64,000 nucleotides of DNA from an uncultured delta proteobacterium (GCA_963782055.1 CAWAIF010000003.1:6240001-6304000), one strand, 5' to 3'. Shown: positions 1 through 8,904, counted from the first letter of the stretch. The notes: a model not told the origin generated them from the sequence alone. Numbers and translations: made by a program.

Positions 1-1124
1 TCGGGGCGGTCGATGAAGAGCGTCACCCCCACCTTGTGCTCGTCGAGGCGCTCCTGCAGCCGGACGATGTCCGGGAACTCCACGAAGTTGGTGCTGCTGA
101 TGAGATGGCCGAGGCGGATGCGCGCGCCTCGGCGCTGCTCGGGATCGCCGCTCGCCGCGGCGTGCTTGCCCGCGACGTAGAAGCCGATGAGTCGGTCGCG
201 GAACTCCTCGGTCGCGGCGCACGGGGTGAGCTCGGCGATCTTCTTGGCCTCGCGGATGGTGTGCGCACCGCAGTAGGCGTGGGTCCAGCCGTCGTGACTC
301 GTGTACACGCCGTAGAAGTCGGTGCACAGGACTCCTTTGAAGCTCGCGCCGAGCATCGACTCGGCGACCCACGCGCCGCGCGACAGCTCGGCGCGGAAGA
401 CCGAGACGCGGTCGGTGCGCATCAGCCACATCCAACCCGGCACGCCGTCCTGTCGATGGCCGCTCTCGTCGAGGCCCGCCACGGGCGATGCGCGCACCGC
501 GTCGACCAGCTCGTCGTAGCTCGGCGCCGAGCGGCGTCGCAATCGGTCGAACATCTGCGCCAGGCCGCCGGTCGTGATCGAGATGCCGAGCCACTGTCCG
601 AGGAACGCACTGATCTTGCCCAGCGGCATGTCGCGCTCGAAGCGCAGGTCCAGCGCCATCGCCTGCACGTTGGGGCCGAACGACACCGCGGCGACGCTCT
701 TGCCCGCCGCCGGCGCGCCCGGCAGCTTCGCGACCACGCGCTTGTGGCACACCTCGCAGCTGCCGACGTGCGCCACGTGATGCGTCTGCCGCGGCTGCAC
801 CACTGGGATGTCGGTGACGACTGTGCTGTCCGTCTCGCCCGTCGCCACGACTGCCCCGCCACAGCTGCACGTCGCCGGCATCTCGTGCACGACTTCGTCG
901 TCGACGTGGGCCGGTGCGGCGGGCCGCAATCCGACATGGCCCACCTTGCGGCCGCGCGGCTTGCCCGAGGGCGCCCGCCGACCCTCGGAGCGCGACGTCC
1001 GCCGCTTCCCGCGCTCCCGGAACCCGCGCTTCCACTCCTCGATCTCCTTGCGCAGCTTCGCCAGCTCTTCGCGAAGCGCGGCGTTCTCCTGCTCCAGCTC
1101 CTGGATCCGCTGCTCGGGCGTCAC
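1..1124 (-). CDS. IS66 family transposase (runs off the left edge; absent from the ORF track)
   Basis: Manual translation from GTG 1124: VTPEQRIQELEQENAALREELAKL (coiled coil), zinc ribbon CSCGG...CEVC, then GLDESG, LCTDFYGVY and HAYCGAHTIRE motifs typical of IS66 DDE transposases. Confidence 0.9.
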   Translation of the reverse strand, partial: MTPEQRIQELEQENAALREELAKLRKEIEEWKRGFRERGKRRTSRSEGRRAPSGKPRGRKVGHVGLRPAAPAHVDDEVVHEMPATCSCGGAVVATGETDSTVVTDIPVVQPRQTHHVAHVGSCEVCHKRVVAKLPGAPAAGKSVAAVSFGPNVQAMALDLRFERDMPLGKISAFLGQWLGISITTGGLAQMFDRLRRRSAPSYDELVDAVRASPVAGLDESGHRQDGVPGWMWLMRTDRVSVFRAELSRGAWVAESMLGASFKGVLCTDFYGVYTSHDGWTHAYCGAHTIREAKKIAELTPCAATEEFRDRLIGFYVAGKHAAASGDPEQRRGARIRLGHLISSTNFVEFPDIVRLQERLDEHKVGVTLFIDRP

Positions 1125-1221
1125 GTGATCCGGGATGCTCCCGATCAGGTCCCATGGAAAGAACTTCTCGCATCAGGAACGAAGAATGGACCCACAGTGT
1201 GCGACACCGCTAAGCAGACAC
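1..1221 (-). mobile_element. IS66-family insertion sequence, single-ORF (ISBst12-like) organisation, partial
   Basis: Transposase on minus strand with no tnpA/tnpB upstream; candidate left end GTGTCTGCTTAGC (minus strand from 1221) resembles IS66 GTA..TGCTCAG-type termini; the other end is off-window so IR/TSD cannot be confirmed. Confidence 0.7.
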
Positions 1222-1270
1222 CTCGTCAGGCGGTCATCCGCTGGTCGTCGGTCTCATCGAGGGGAGCAAC

Positions 1271-2401
1271 ATGTCGGAAGCCTGGGTCTACATCGATGAG
1301 TCGCAAGGACCGGCTGCCGACGCCGTGGACCCGGGCAAGCCGTTCCGCGTGGGCGCCCTCGTCGTCGAACGCGAAATCGGCGATGACCTTATCAAGAAGG
1401 CGCTCGGAAAGCTCGCTGCTGATCCCGACGCGAGGGGTAACGCAACAGACGAAGAGACCCTCAGGCGCGGGTACTTCCACGCCTCCTTGGACAGCAAGAA
1501 CGCGCACTCGTGGTTGAGCCGCGAGATCGTCGCCGCCCCGATCGACGGCGCATTCTCCGACATGCAGTGGCACTTCGGGCGCAAGGACTCGGGGAAGTAC
1601 GGGCCCGGCGAGCTACATCCGCTCATGAACCTGCTTGCTGCGCTGACAGTCACGCAGGACGACTACGATGCCGTCCACCTCGTGGTTGCGAGGCGCGAGG
1701 GGACCTTCGACGAGGGGAACGTGGCGGATTGGGGTACCTACTGGCGCTCACGCTGCCTCGGCGCATTTGCGAAGCAGCCCAACATTCCAACCCGGTTCCC
1801 GCTGATGACGATCAAGCTGGTCGGTGGAGATGAGCCCGGCGTTCAGGTCTGCGACATCGTGCTGTGGGCGGTCCAACGCGCCGCGCTCGACGCGCTCAGG
1901 GCCACGGGCAACGACGATTGGCTGAAGCGCCTCGGTCTCACAGCGTGGGCTGGTGGCGGTGAAGTGGGCGGTGCGCAGGAGCAGGTGAGCGTCACGCTCG
2001 GCAAAGGCGTGAAGCGTAACTTCCTTCCGAACCTCAGTGGCGGGAAGCCCCGTGCGGTAGGGGATCTCGGCGAGGGTGAAACCCTGATTCTGATGCGCGA
2101 GATCGAACAGGAAGTAGTCCGCGTCGCGGCTCTCGCGTCCGGGCACCACCGCGTCGGTCATCTCGCGAACGAACTCGGAGAGGTGGTCACCTCCCTCAAC
2201 GGCAAACCGACCGTTGACGACATCCTCAAGTTGGCAAGCGCATTCCTCCTCGTGTGCGACACGTTGCCGACCTACGACCCAGCCGATGCCGCCGCCTACG
2301 TTCGCGTCGTCGAGCGTCGTCGGGTCGCCGCAGCCGTCGTCGATGTTTCGCAGATCACGTCGTTCGGCATGGCGATGCTCTGGAGCCGCTCACCACGGTA
2401 G
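1271..2401 (+). CDS. DUF3800 domain protein (RNase H-like) with C-terminal helical extension
   Basis: N-terminal VYIDESQG, YFHAS, and GVQVCDIVLW matching the DUF3800 YxDES...QxAD pattern; RBS GGGGAG. Confidence 0.7.
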   Translation: MSEAWVYIDESQGPAADAVDPGKPFRVGALVVEREIGDDLIKKALGKLAADPDARGNATDEETLRRGYFHASLDSKNAHSWLSREIVAAPIDGAFSDMQWHFGRKDSGKYGPGELHPLMNLLAALTVTQDDYDAVHLVVARREGTFDEGNVADWGTYWRSRCLGAFAKQPNIPTRFPLMTIKLVGGDEPGVQVCDIVLWAVQRAALDALRATGNDDWLKRLGLTAWAGGGEVGGAQEQVSVTLGKGVKRNFLPNLSGGKPRAVGDLGEGETLILMREIEQEVVRVAALASGHHRVGHLANELGEVVTSLNGKPTVDDILKLASAFLLVCDTLPTYDPADAAAYVRVVERRRVAAAVVDVSQITSFGMAMLWSRSPR

Positions 2402-2432
2402 TACGGCGCGTTAGGCGACCCTGAACCGCCGC

Positions 2433-2514
2433 TAGAGCCCTTGACAGGAATCGAACCTGCGACCGTCCCCCTGACTTGCGAAAGGGGCGCTCTATCCGAC
2501 TGAGCTACAAGGGC
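2433..2514 (-). ncRNA. tRNA-like RNA with aberrant anticodon arm
   Basis: Minus strand GCCCTTG TA GCTC AGTCGGATA GAGC G CCCCT TTCGCAAGTC AGGGG GACGGTC GCAGG TTCGATT CCTGT CAAGGGC T CTA: perfect acceptor stem, D arm and T arm; 10-nt anticodon loop and 7-nt variable region. Confidence 0.85.
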
Positions 2515-2520
2515 ACCTGA

Positions 2521-2549
2521 ATCCTACCGAACGGCACGACGCCCGCCAA
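2521..2549 (-). promoter_or_regulatory. sigma70-type promoter for the tRNA-like RNA
   Basis: TTGGCG-N17-TAGGAT, followed 6 nt later by G1 of the cloverleaf. Confidence 0.65.
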
Positions 2550-2807
2550 GATCGAGTCGGCCGGTCGCGGAAGACGGTCACCGGCACCGGCGGTGATCGG
2601 TGTCTCCGTCCGTCCCTCATGAAAGACCAGCCATCTCGTTGTGCCGCCCCACACAGGACGGGAGCAGCATCGCTCGGGTCGTCACACGCTGGTCGATCGT
2701 CGGGGGTAGGGCACGCGGCGTCCCGGTGCATCGTGACCCGAGGGAGCTGGCGCCGAAGCGTCGCCAGCTCCTTCGGTACGTCGTGCAGCTTCAGAGAGCG
2801 CAGACGC

Positions 2808-4817
2808 TTATGCGAATCGCGCCGCCAGCCCACGAAGAACGGTCTCGGCCCTGGAAAGTGTTTCGTGCGAAGCCGGGACCGTCTTCGTTCGCCAGCCATC
2901 AACGACCGCCACCAAGCACTCGACCTTGCGCTCGTGTGTGAAGTCCCCCCACCCGTTCTCCGTGTAGAGCTGCTGCATGAACGGGACATTCAACACGGAC
3001 GCCTTCGCAGGCATCGTGAACCCCGCTCCTTTGAGCCTCGTGACGGCCGCGAGAAGCTCGTCACGATGAATAACGTCTTCGACCTGGGCCTGCGGCACGC
3101 CAAGAATGTCGGAGTCGGACATCAACGCGACGGCCTTGCCGCCCGGCAGCAGGTCTCGTCGCAACTGCCCGCCCTTTTCGAGACCGGCCTTGTCGCCATC
3201 CAGCAAGACGACGAGCTGTTGGTCGGTCGTCCCGGGGTGAGCGAAGAGCGAGACGAGGGGCACCATGTGCGAAGTCCCGCCCGCGAAGAGGATCACGATG
3301 TCGTCCGGGAGAGATGTCTTGCCGCTCTCGGTGAAGATCGTCTTGAGCCCCTGAAGGATGCAGTAGTCGGTGATTCCCTCGACAATCAACACGTGCTTGC
3401 CGATGAAGAGGGTCTGCGCAATCTCGTAGCCAAGCGCCGCTTGGAGAGGCAGAAGTGTGTCCCGGTCCCCCTCGGGCTCCGTTCCGAGCGAGACGTGGGT
3501 GTAGACCCGCTCGGAGCCCTCCGGCTTCTTCAGGTACACGGTCCGCACGTTGTCGAGATGGAGGGGATCCACCATGAACGGCGAGTGGGAGCTGTAGATC
3601 GTCTGGTTCTTCTCGGAGATACGCTGGAAGAAGCCGAGCAACTTCTGCTGGGCGCGAATGTGAAGATGAAGCCCGGGCTCGTCGAGCAGCAGGATCGCAC
3701 CCGCGTGGGCCTTCTCCGACTCGACGAGGAAGGTTAGGTAGAAGGAGAAGAACCACTGGAAGCCTTTGCTGCGCTCGTGGAATGGGATCTTCCAAGGGTT
3801 CTGGTTGTCGGACACGCGTAGAACGAGGTCTTCCCCATCGGCCTCGATATTCAACGTGTGCTGGCGTTGATCCCACCAGTCCATCCACTCGCCTGTCAGG
3901 GCGTACGACGCCGACTCCGTAAGGCTCGACCGCTCATCCTTGCGTCGTTGAACCTGGTCCTGCGTCTCGTTGGGCTGAATCGGAAGGCCGAGGCGTTGAA
4001 GCTCTTCCGGGTCGAGGTGAGTCCACTCGAACAGCGCCATCTGCGTCCTGACGCGTGGCTCCACGGGGGTCGCGCCCCGGTGCGCCAAGAAGGTCCGCAA
4101 GTTGATGCGAGTCTCCAGACGGCCGTAGTCGTCGAAGTAGATGAAGGTTGGCAAGTGCGCCTCGGTCCACTGCTCGACGGCGACCCTCGTTTCTTCGGGC
4201 AGGCGGATTGACGCGAGCGACTCGATTGCGGCGAGGTACTGCGGCTGCAGGTCGCCCAGAACGGCGGCGACCTGTGGGAGAAGGAGCTTCAACTTCCGCG
4301 CGCTGTCGCGGACCGCCGCAGCATCCTGGATGCCCGCCGACAGCGGTTGAACTTCGGTGCGCGCCTGCGCCAAGATGGTCTCGGCGGCTTCATCTGGCCC
4401 TTCCGCTTGGAGCGCCTGCTGCAAGTCGAGGACGACCGGCGGGATCGCGATGGGACTCGGCGCCAGATCGAAGGAGTAGGATCTCCTTCCCGCGTATGTC
4501 GTCGAGACCTCCACCGCCTCGGGAGTCGGAAGCCCAGCCGCCGTGAGACCGTCTCGATCGGCTGGCTCCAGCGCGAACCTCAACGACACCACGATCGGGT
4601 CGGTGCCCCTGTCCTTCGAGTAGCGCTCCTTCGGGTAGTCGTAGAGGAAATCGTAGCCGGTCCCTCCCGCGTTCTTGAACTTCCAGATCGCCTGCATCAC
4701 GGCTGACTTCCCGCTCTCGTTCTTCCCGAGCAGGCAGGTTACGTCGGGGCGGACCTTCACCCAGCCGGTGTCGGTGATGGTCTTGTACTTCTGGACCCTG
4801 AACTCGTTCAGTCGCAT
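2808..4817 (-). CDS. OLD-family ATP-dependent nuclease (ABC ATPase + TOPRIM)
   Basis: Walker A GKNESGKS, signature RSKGFQWFFSF, Walker B LLLDEPGLHLH, H-loop SSHSP, TOPRIM LIVEGITD and LLDGDKAG; start at MRLNEFRVQKYK. Confidence 0.9.
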   Translation of the reverse strand: MRLNEFRVQKYKTITDTGWVKVRPDVTCLLGKNESGKSAVMQAIWKFKNAGGTGYDFLYDYPKERYSKDRGTDPIVVSLRFALEPADRDGLTAAGLPTPEAVEVSTTYAGRRSYSFDLAPSPIAIPPVVLDLQQALQAEGPDEAAETILAQARTEVQPLSAGIQDAAAVRDSARKLKLLLPQVAAVLGDLQPQYLAAIESLASIRLPEETRVAVEQWTEAHLPTFIYFDDYGRLETRINLRTFLAHRGATPVEPRVRTQMALFEWTHLDPEELQRLGLPIQPNETQDQVQRRKDERSSLTESASYALTGEWMDWWDQRQHTLNIEADGEDLVLRVSDNQNPWKIPFHERSKGFQWFFSFYLTFLVESEKAHAGAILLLDEPGLHLHIRAQQKLLGFFQRISEKNQTIYSSHSPFMVDPLHLDNVRTVYLKKPEGSERVYTHVSLGTEPEGDRDTLLPLQAALGYEIAQTLFIGKHVLIVEGITDYCILQGLKTIFTESGKTSLPDDIVILFAGGTSHMVPLVSLFAHPGTTDQQLVVLLDGDKAGLEKGGQLRRDLLPGGKAVALMSDSDILGVPQAQVEDVIHRDELLAAVTRLKGAGFTMPAKASVLNVPFMQQLYTENGWGDFTHERKVECLVAVVDGWRTKTVPASHETLSRAETVLRGLAARFA

Positions 4818-4964
4818 CGCGCCCACGACGGTACCACGGCCCAGTCCCGCCGAGATCGCGGCCTCGTCGCGACGACGGTCACCTGGTAGCGCTCGGCCCG
4901 GCGCCGTGACCCTTTCATCGCTCGCCGTGTGCTTCTAGGATCCGTCCGTTGGAAGGAGGCATCG

Positions 4965-5696
4965 ATGGCCGATGCGGGACCGTGGGCTTCGGGCCCGGGC
5001 GAGATACTTCGTCACGCGCTGAAGTTGCTCAAGAAGGATTCGGACACGAACCGGCGGCTCGCCATGATCCTCATCGACAACGCCGTCGAGTTGACGCTCA
5101 AGACGTACCTGGGGCTCCCCGGTCGGGTCACCGGCATCAAGATCGGTCGGGACAAGTTTCGCGACATCAGTGAGAGCTTCCCGAAGCTCCTCGACGCGAT
5201 GGAGGAGCACGCGGACGAGAAGCTCGCCGGGATCGATCTGGGCCAAGTCGAGTGGTACCACCGCCTGCGGAACGAGCTGTACCACCAGGGGAACGGGCTG
5301 ACGGTCGAGCGGCAGAAGGTTGATGTCTACGCCGAGCTGGCGAAGCTTCTGTACATGAACCTGTTCGGGTCGGAGATTGAGGTCGAGGAGGACGAACAGA
5401 TGGAACTCCTCGGCGCCTTCATGCTGGGGTGGCAGCGTTCGGAGCGAGCACGTTTGGCCCTTGTCCCAGGGGAGCGCGGCACGAAGTCGGCGTTTGCCGC
5501 CGCAGCGATGCGCTTACGCTTCCCCGAAGTGGACGGCGCTGACGCGAAGCTCGTCGCGGACTTCAACGAGCTACGTCAGGTCCGCAATCAAGTCGTACAT
5601 GGGCAGGTGGAGCGGACCGCCGTCACCCGCGAACTCGTCGAACGCGTGAACGAGCTCGCCAAGAGGGTGGAGTCGTTGAAGCCACGAAGCGGTTGA
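4965..5696 (+). CDS. Protein with two HEPN-type RxxxxH motifs, putative RNase/defence effector
   Basis: DNAVELTLK helix, RNELYH and RNQVVH; RBS GGAGG before ATG 4965. Confidence 0.7.
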   Translation: MADAGPWASGPGEILRHALKLLKKDSDTNRRLAMILIDNAVELTLKTYLGLPGRVTGIKIGRDKFRDISESFPKLLDAMEEHADEKLAGIDLGQVEWYHRLRNELYHQGNGLTVERQKVDVYAELAKLLYMNLFGSEIEVEEDEQMELLGAFMLGWQRSERARLALVPGERGTKSAFAAAAMRLRFPEVDGADAKLVADFNELRQVRNQVVHGQVERTAVTRELVERVNELAKRVESLKPRSG

Positions 5697-5762
5697 CGAA
5701 GACCGCTCTTGCTCGACCGCGTTCGGGAACGCCTCGTAACACCCCTCAGGTAGGGGTCGCTC

Positions 5763-5785
5763 TTCACACGACCTTTCACACGACC
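5763..5785 (+). repeat. Tandem 11-bp direct repeat TTCACACGACC x2 (candidate integrase arm-type sites)
   Basis: Exact copies at 5763-5773 and 5775-5785, about 110 bp inside the att core. Confidence 0.6.
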
Positions 5786-5866
5786 TGATGGTCACGCCGA
5801 GCACTTCCCACTCCTTCCAGGTAACTCTGCGTCAAAGAGAATTCCCGACGAAAATGGGGTTTGCTC

Positions 5867-5893
5867 GGCACTTGCATGCAATATGCAAGTGCC
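5867..5893. repeat. 11-bp perfect inverted repeat abutting the att core
   Basis: GGCACTTGCAT-gcaat-ATGCAAGTGCC. Confidence 0.75.
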
Positions 5894-5935
5894 TTGACAC
5901 GGTAGGGGTCGTAGGTTCAATCCCTATCGCGCCTA
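5892..5935 (+). other. att site: 3' half of tRNA-Val(GAC)
   Basis: CC TTGACAC GGTAG GGGTC GTAGG TTCAATC CCTAT CGCGCCT A = anticodon loop to discriminator; no D arm or 5' acceptor strand upstream. Confidence 0.85.
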
Positions 5936-6123
5936 CAGAGATTCCGGCGAGTTAGCTTCCGGCCTCCGCGAGCGGGACGCTCGAACACCGGTACGTCGGC
6001 TCGGCGTAGTACGAGTCGCCCCCCGCGTCACACACCCGCCCACGCACGAGGCACCCCCCCACTGGCACGTTGTCGAGGCGGGTCGTGCGGGCCCACACTC
6101 GCCATTCGTGGAAGACTGTCGCC

Positions 6124-6492
6124 GTGCCGTCGCCGGTCGAGGTCATCCTGTTGTTCGGGCTGGTCGCGCTCCCGCTCCTGGCGCTCGCGGGCATGGCGAT
6201 GTGGACGCGCCGCATCCGGCGTCTCGGCACCCTCCCCCGCTTCGCGTCCATCACGGCCAACGCCCTCCTCATCCTCTCCGCGCTGCTCATCGCGGTGGAC
6301 CTCTTCGACGCGGGCGAGGCGCTCATCGGCGGCGGTCACCTCTCGCCGGCGCGCAGGGCGCGCGTGCTGGCGTCGGGCATCTCGGAGAGCCTGAGCACCA
6401 GCGCGCTGGCGATGCTCACCGCCGGGGTGGACGCCGCGTGGCTGATCTTCTGCACGTGGCGATGGCGCCGGCACCCCGACCCGCAAAGGTGA
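6124..6492 (+). CDS. Small membrane protein, MotA/TolQ/ExbB-like segment
   Basis: Three hydrophobic helices; RARVLASGISESL resembles the (L/A)xGISEA channel motif; start uncertain (6070 or 6124). Confidence 0.5.
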   Translation: MPSPVEVILLFGLVALPLLALAGMAMWTRRIRRLGTLPRFASITANALLILSALLIAVDLFDAGEALIGGGHLSPARRARVLASGISESLSTSALAMLTAGVDAAWLIFCTWRWRRHPDPQR

Positions 6493-6518
6493 CCGGCGGC
6501 GCGGGACACTCGCCTGCC

Positions 6519-7373
6519 TCACGGGCGGCGGGCCGCGCGGAAGGGGCGCGTGATCTCCAGCGTGCGCTCGCGGAGCACGCGACGCGCCTCCAGGTCGTAC
6601 GCCTGCTCCTCGGCGCGCGAGGGCCGCGTCTCGAAGTAGTAACGACCGCTCGTCTCGTCCTCGAGCGCGGCCCGGAGGACGTGCGCGATGACGTCGGCGC
6701 CCCCCTCGGCGGGTCCGAGCGGGGCGATCCCGGCGTCGCGCACCATGCCGGTGTCGAGGAAGGTGCCCGGGTGCAGCGCGTTGGACGCGACCGACGTGTG
6801 CTTCCCGGCGAGATCGAAGGTGTACATCACCATCGCGAGCTTGCTGCGCCGGTAGGCGCGCACGCCGTCGTACCCGCGCTCCGTCATCAGGTCGTCCAGG
6901 TCCAGCGCCTCCTGCCCGGCCGAGGCGACGTTGACGATCGCGCGGGATGGCGCGCCGCGAGCGAGGAGCTCCTCCGTGAGGACGAACGGGGCGAGGTAGT
7001 TCACCGCGAAGCGCAGCTCGAAGCCGTCGCGGCTCGTCTCGCGCACCGTCTTGTCCTGCCCGAAGCCGACGCCGGCGTTGTTGACGAGCACGTCCAGCCG
7101 CGGGGCCACCTCCAGCGCGGCACGCGCCAGACCGGCCGTCTCCGACAGCGAGGTCAGGTCGCACACGAGCGGGGTGACCTGCGCGCCGGAGTCGCGCAGC
7201 TCCTTCGCGAGGGCGTCCAGCCGCGGGCGCGAGCGCGCGTGCAGGAGGAGGGTGGCGCCCTCCGAGGCGAGGCGCTTGGCCGTGGCGCGGCCGATGCCGC
7301 CGGTGGCGCCGGTCAGCAGGACCGTGAGTCCGGTCCAGCGGCCGGAGGGCGCCCGCTCATCCGGGCCGATCAC
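6519..7373 (-). CDS. SDR family NAD(P)-dependent oxidoreductase
   Basis: TGATGGIG, VNNAG, YRRSK. Confidence 0.9.
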   Translation of the reverse strand: MIGPDERAPSGRWTGLTVLLTGATGGIGRATAKRLASEGATLLLHARSRPRLDALAKELRDSGAQVTPLVCDLTSLSETAGLARAALEVAPRLDVLVNNAGVGFGQDKTVRETSRDGFELRFAVNYLAPFVLTEELLARGAPSRAIVNVASAGQEALDLDDLMTERGYDGVRAYRRSKLAMVMYTFDLAGKHTSVASNALHPGTFLDTGMVRDAGIAPLGPAEGGADVIAHVLRAALEDETSGRYYFETRPSRAEEQAYDLEARRVLRERTLEITRPFRAARRP

Positions 7374-7566
7374 GATGCCTCCGCCGGGGCTGCCACCGCG
7401 TCCGTCGCGTTCTTCATGCTCCCCGAGGATAGGGCCGGCCCGCCCGCGAGACGATGGCGCCGCGTCGGATCGCCAGCATGCAGCGGTCGGGGGGGCCGCC
7501 TCGCCCCGGCCTGCCCCGCGCGGTCAATCGTCAGCCTACGAACGGTCCGGCGCTCACAATCCATCG

Positions 7567-8904
7567 TCACGCCGGGACGGGGGTGGGCGATGGGCGAGGC
7601 TCCGCCGCCGCCTCCCGCCGGGCGTGCTCCCGGCGGATCAGCAGCGCGAAGGTCAGCCACCCGCAAGCGAGCACCACGTTGATGGTGGCAAAGAGGGAGG
7701 TGGACCAGCCGAGGTGGGTGCCGGTGTAGACGGCCAGCGCGCTGAGGATGGCGCCCACGCGCACCGCCACCGTGTCCACCGCCGTCTTGCCGACGAATTT
7801 CTCCGCGCGCGTCGCCATCAAGAAGAGGGCGTTGCGCGTCGTGTCCTGCAAGGAGTACTGCGTGCCGTTCTCCCCGATCTTGACGACGCGCAGCACGGCG
7901 AGGGTGGGCCGCACCGCCGCCGTCGCGTACGCCAAGAGGGAGAAGGCAGGCATGAAGAGCAGCGCCCCGCGCACCCCCACCAGAGCGAAGATGCGCGAGA
8001 CGGCGAAGAGCTGGAGCACCAACCCGACGAGGTTGTACCAGGCGAAGTAGTTCGCCTTGAAGGCGCCGACGAACTGCTGCTGCGCGGCGAGCGACCCGTG
8101 CGCGCTCGCCTTGGCCGCGACGATCAGCGAGCGGTCGAGCAGATACTCGCCGGAGCTGTTCACCCAGTTGAGCAGTATGACCAGGCCCGCGATGAGCAGC
8201 AGGTACCTGTCGCCCGCGATCAGGCGGAAGGCGCCCTGCGTCGCGAGCGGCTCGTCGGGGTGCGCCTTGTCCGTGCGGGGCGCGGCGGCCGCCGCCCGGC
8301 GCTCCACCGTGACGATGAGCGCGAGGCAGACGAGCAGGATCCCCACCGCGATGGCCATGATCATCGCGGGGCCGAGGGGGATGAGGGCCTGCGCGAAGCG
8401 GGCGCCCGCGACCGCGCCGATGGAGCTCCCCGCGCCGATGATGGGGAAGAGGCGCTTGCCTTGCTCGTCGGTGTAGATGTCGGCCGCGAGCGCCCAGAAC
8501 TGCGCGACGATGGTGTAGCTGAAGACGCCCACCCAGAAGAAGAAGGCGAGCCCGATCTCCACGTGCGCGCGCTGCAGGACGGCGAAGACGACGAGGTTGG
8601 AGACGAAGAAGAGAAAGACGATGGTGAGCAGGCGCATGCGGCCGACGCGCTTGGCGAGCTCGCCGTAGAAATGGACGAAGCCCGCCATGATGACCGCCTG
8701 CCCGGCGCGCGCGTACAGCTTCACCTCCGCCCCGCCCTGCAGCAGGATGAGCGGCTCGCGCACCGTCTTCAGCAGGTAGTACGCGGACAGGAGCAGGAAC
8801 GCGGCGAGCGTCATCACCGCGACGTTGACGGCCTCGTCCGGATGGACCTTGGTGAACGGACGCAGGAGGAGCGCGAGGGTGCGCTGGACCGGGGACGACT
8901 TCAC
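7567..8904 (-). CDS. Npt/TLC-family nucleotide transporter-like MFS protein
   Basis: YYLLKTVREPLIL, QFWALAADIY...GKRLFP, about 12 TM helices; start taken at GTG 8904. Confidence 0.8.
   Translation of the reverse strand: MKSSPVQRTLALLLRPFTKVHPDEAVNVAVMTLAAFLLLSAYYLLKTVREPLILLQGGAEVKLYARAGQAVIMAGFVHFYGELAKRVGRMRLLTIVFLFFVSNLVVFAVLQRAHVEIGLAFFFWVGVFSYTIVAQFWALAADIYTDEQGKRLFPIIGAGSSIGAVAGARFAQALIPLGPAMIMAIAVGILLVCLALIVTVERRAAAAAPRTDKAHPDEPLATQGAFRLIAGDRYLLLIAGLVILLNWVNSSGEYLLDRSLIVAAKASAHGSLAAQQQFVGAFKANYFAWYNLVGLVLQLFAVSRIFALVGVRGALLFMPAFSLLAYATAAVRPTLAVLRVVKIGENGTQYSLQDTTRNALFLMATRAEKFVGKTAVDTVAVRVGAILSALAVYTGTHLGWSTSLFATINVVLACGWLTFALLIRREHARREAAAEPRPSPTPVPA

Larger units (their letters stand above)
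1..5935. mobile_element. Right-hand part of a tRNA-Val(GAC)-integrated genomic (defence) island; left end outside window
   Basis: Ends at a duplicated 3' tRNA half (5892-5935) preceded by direct and inverted repeats; cargo is IS66, DUF3800, OLD nuclease and HEPN protein; visibly more A/T than the DNA to the right (not computed). Confidence 0.8.

Noticed and set aside
36..1517. 493-aa plus-strand ORF
   Set aside because: Antisense shadow of the IS66 transposase; the real gene is on the minus strand and runs off-window.
2433..2514. Calling the tRNA-like RNA a normal tRNA-Ala(CGC) or tRNA-Arg(TCG)
   Set aside because: No register gives a 7-nt loop on a 5-bp stem, so identity cannot be assigned.
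2808..5696. Gabija, PARIS or retron call for the OLD locus
   Set aside because: No UvrD helicase, separate AriA/AriB pair or reverse transcriptase in the window.
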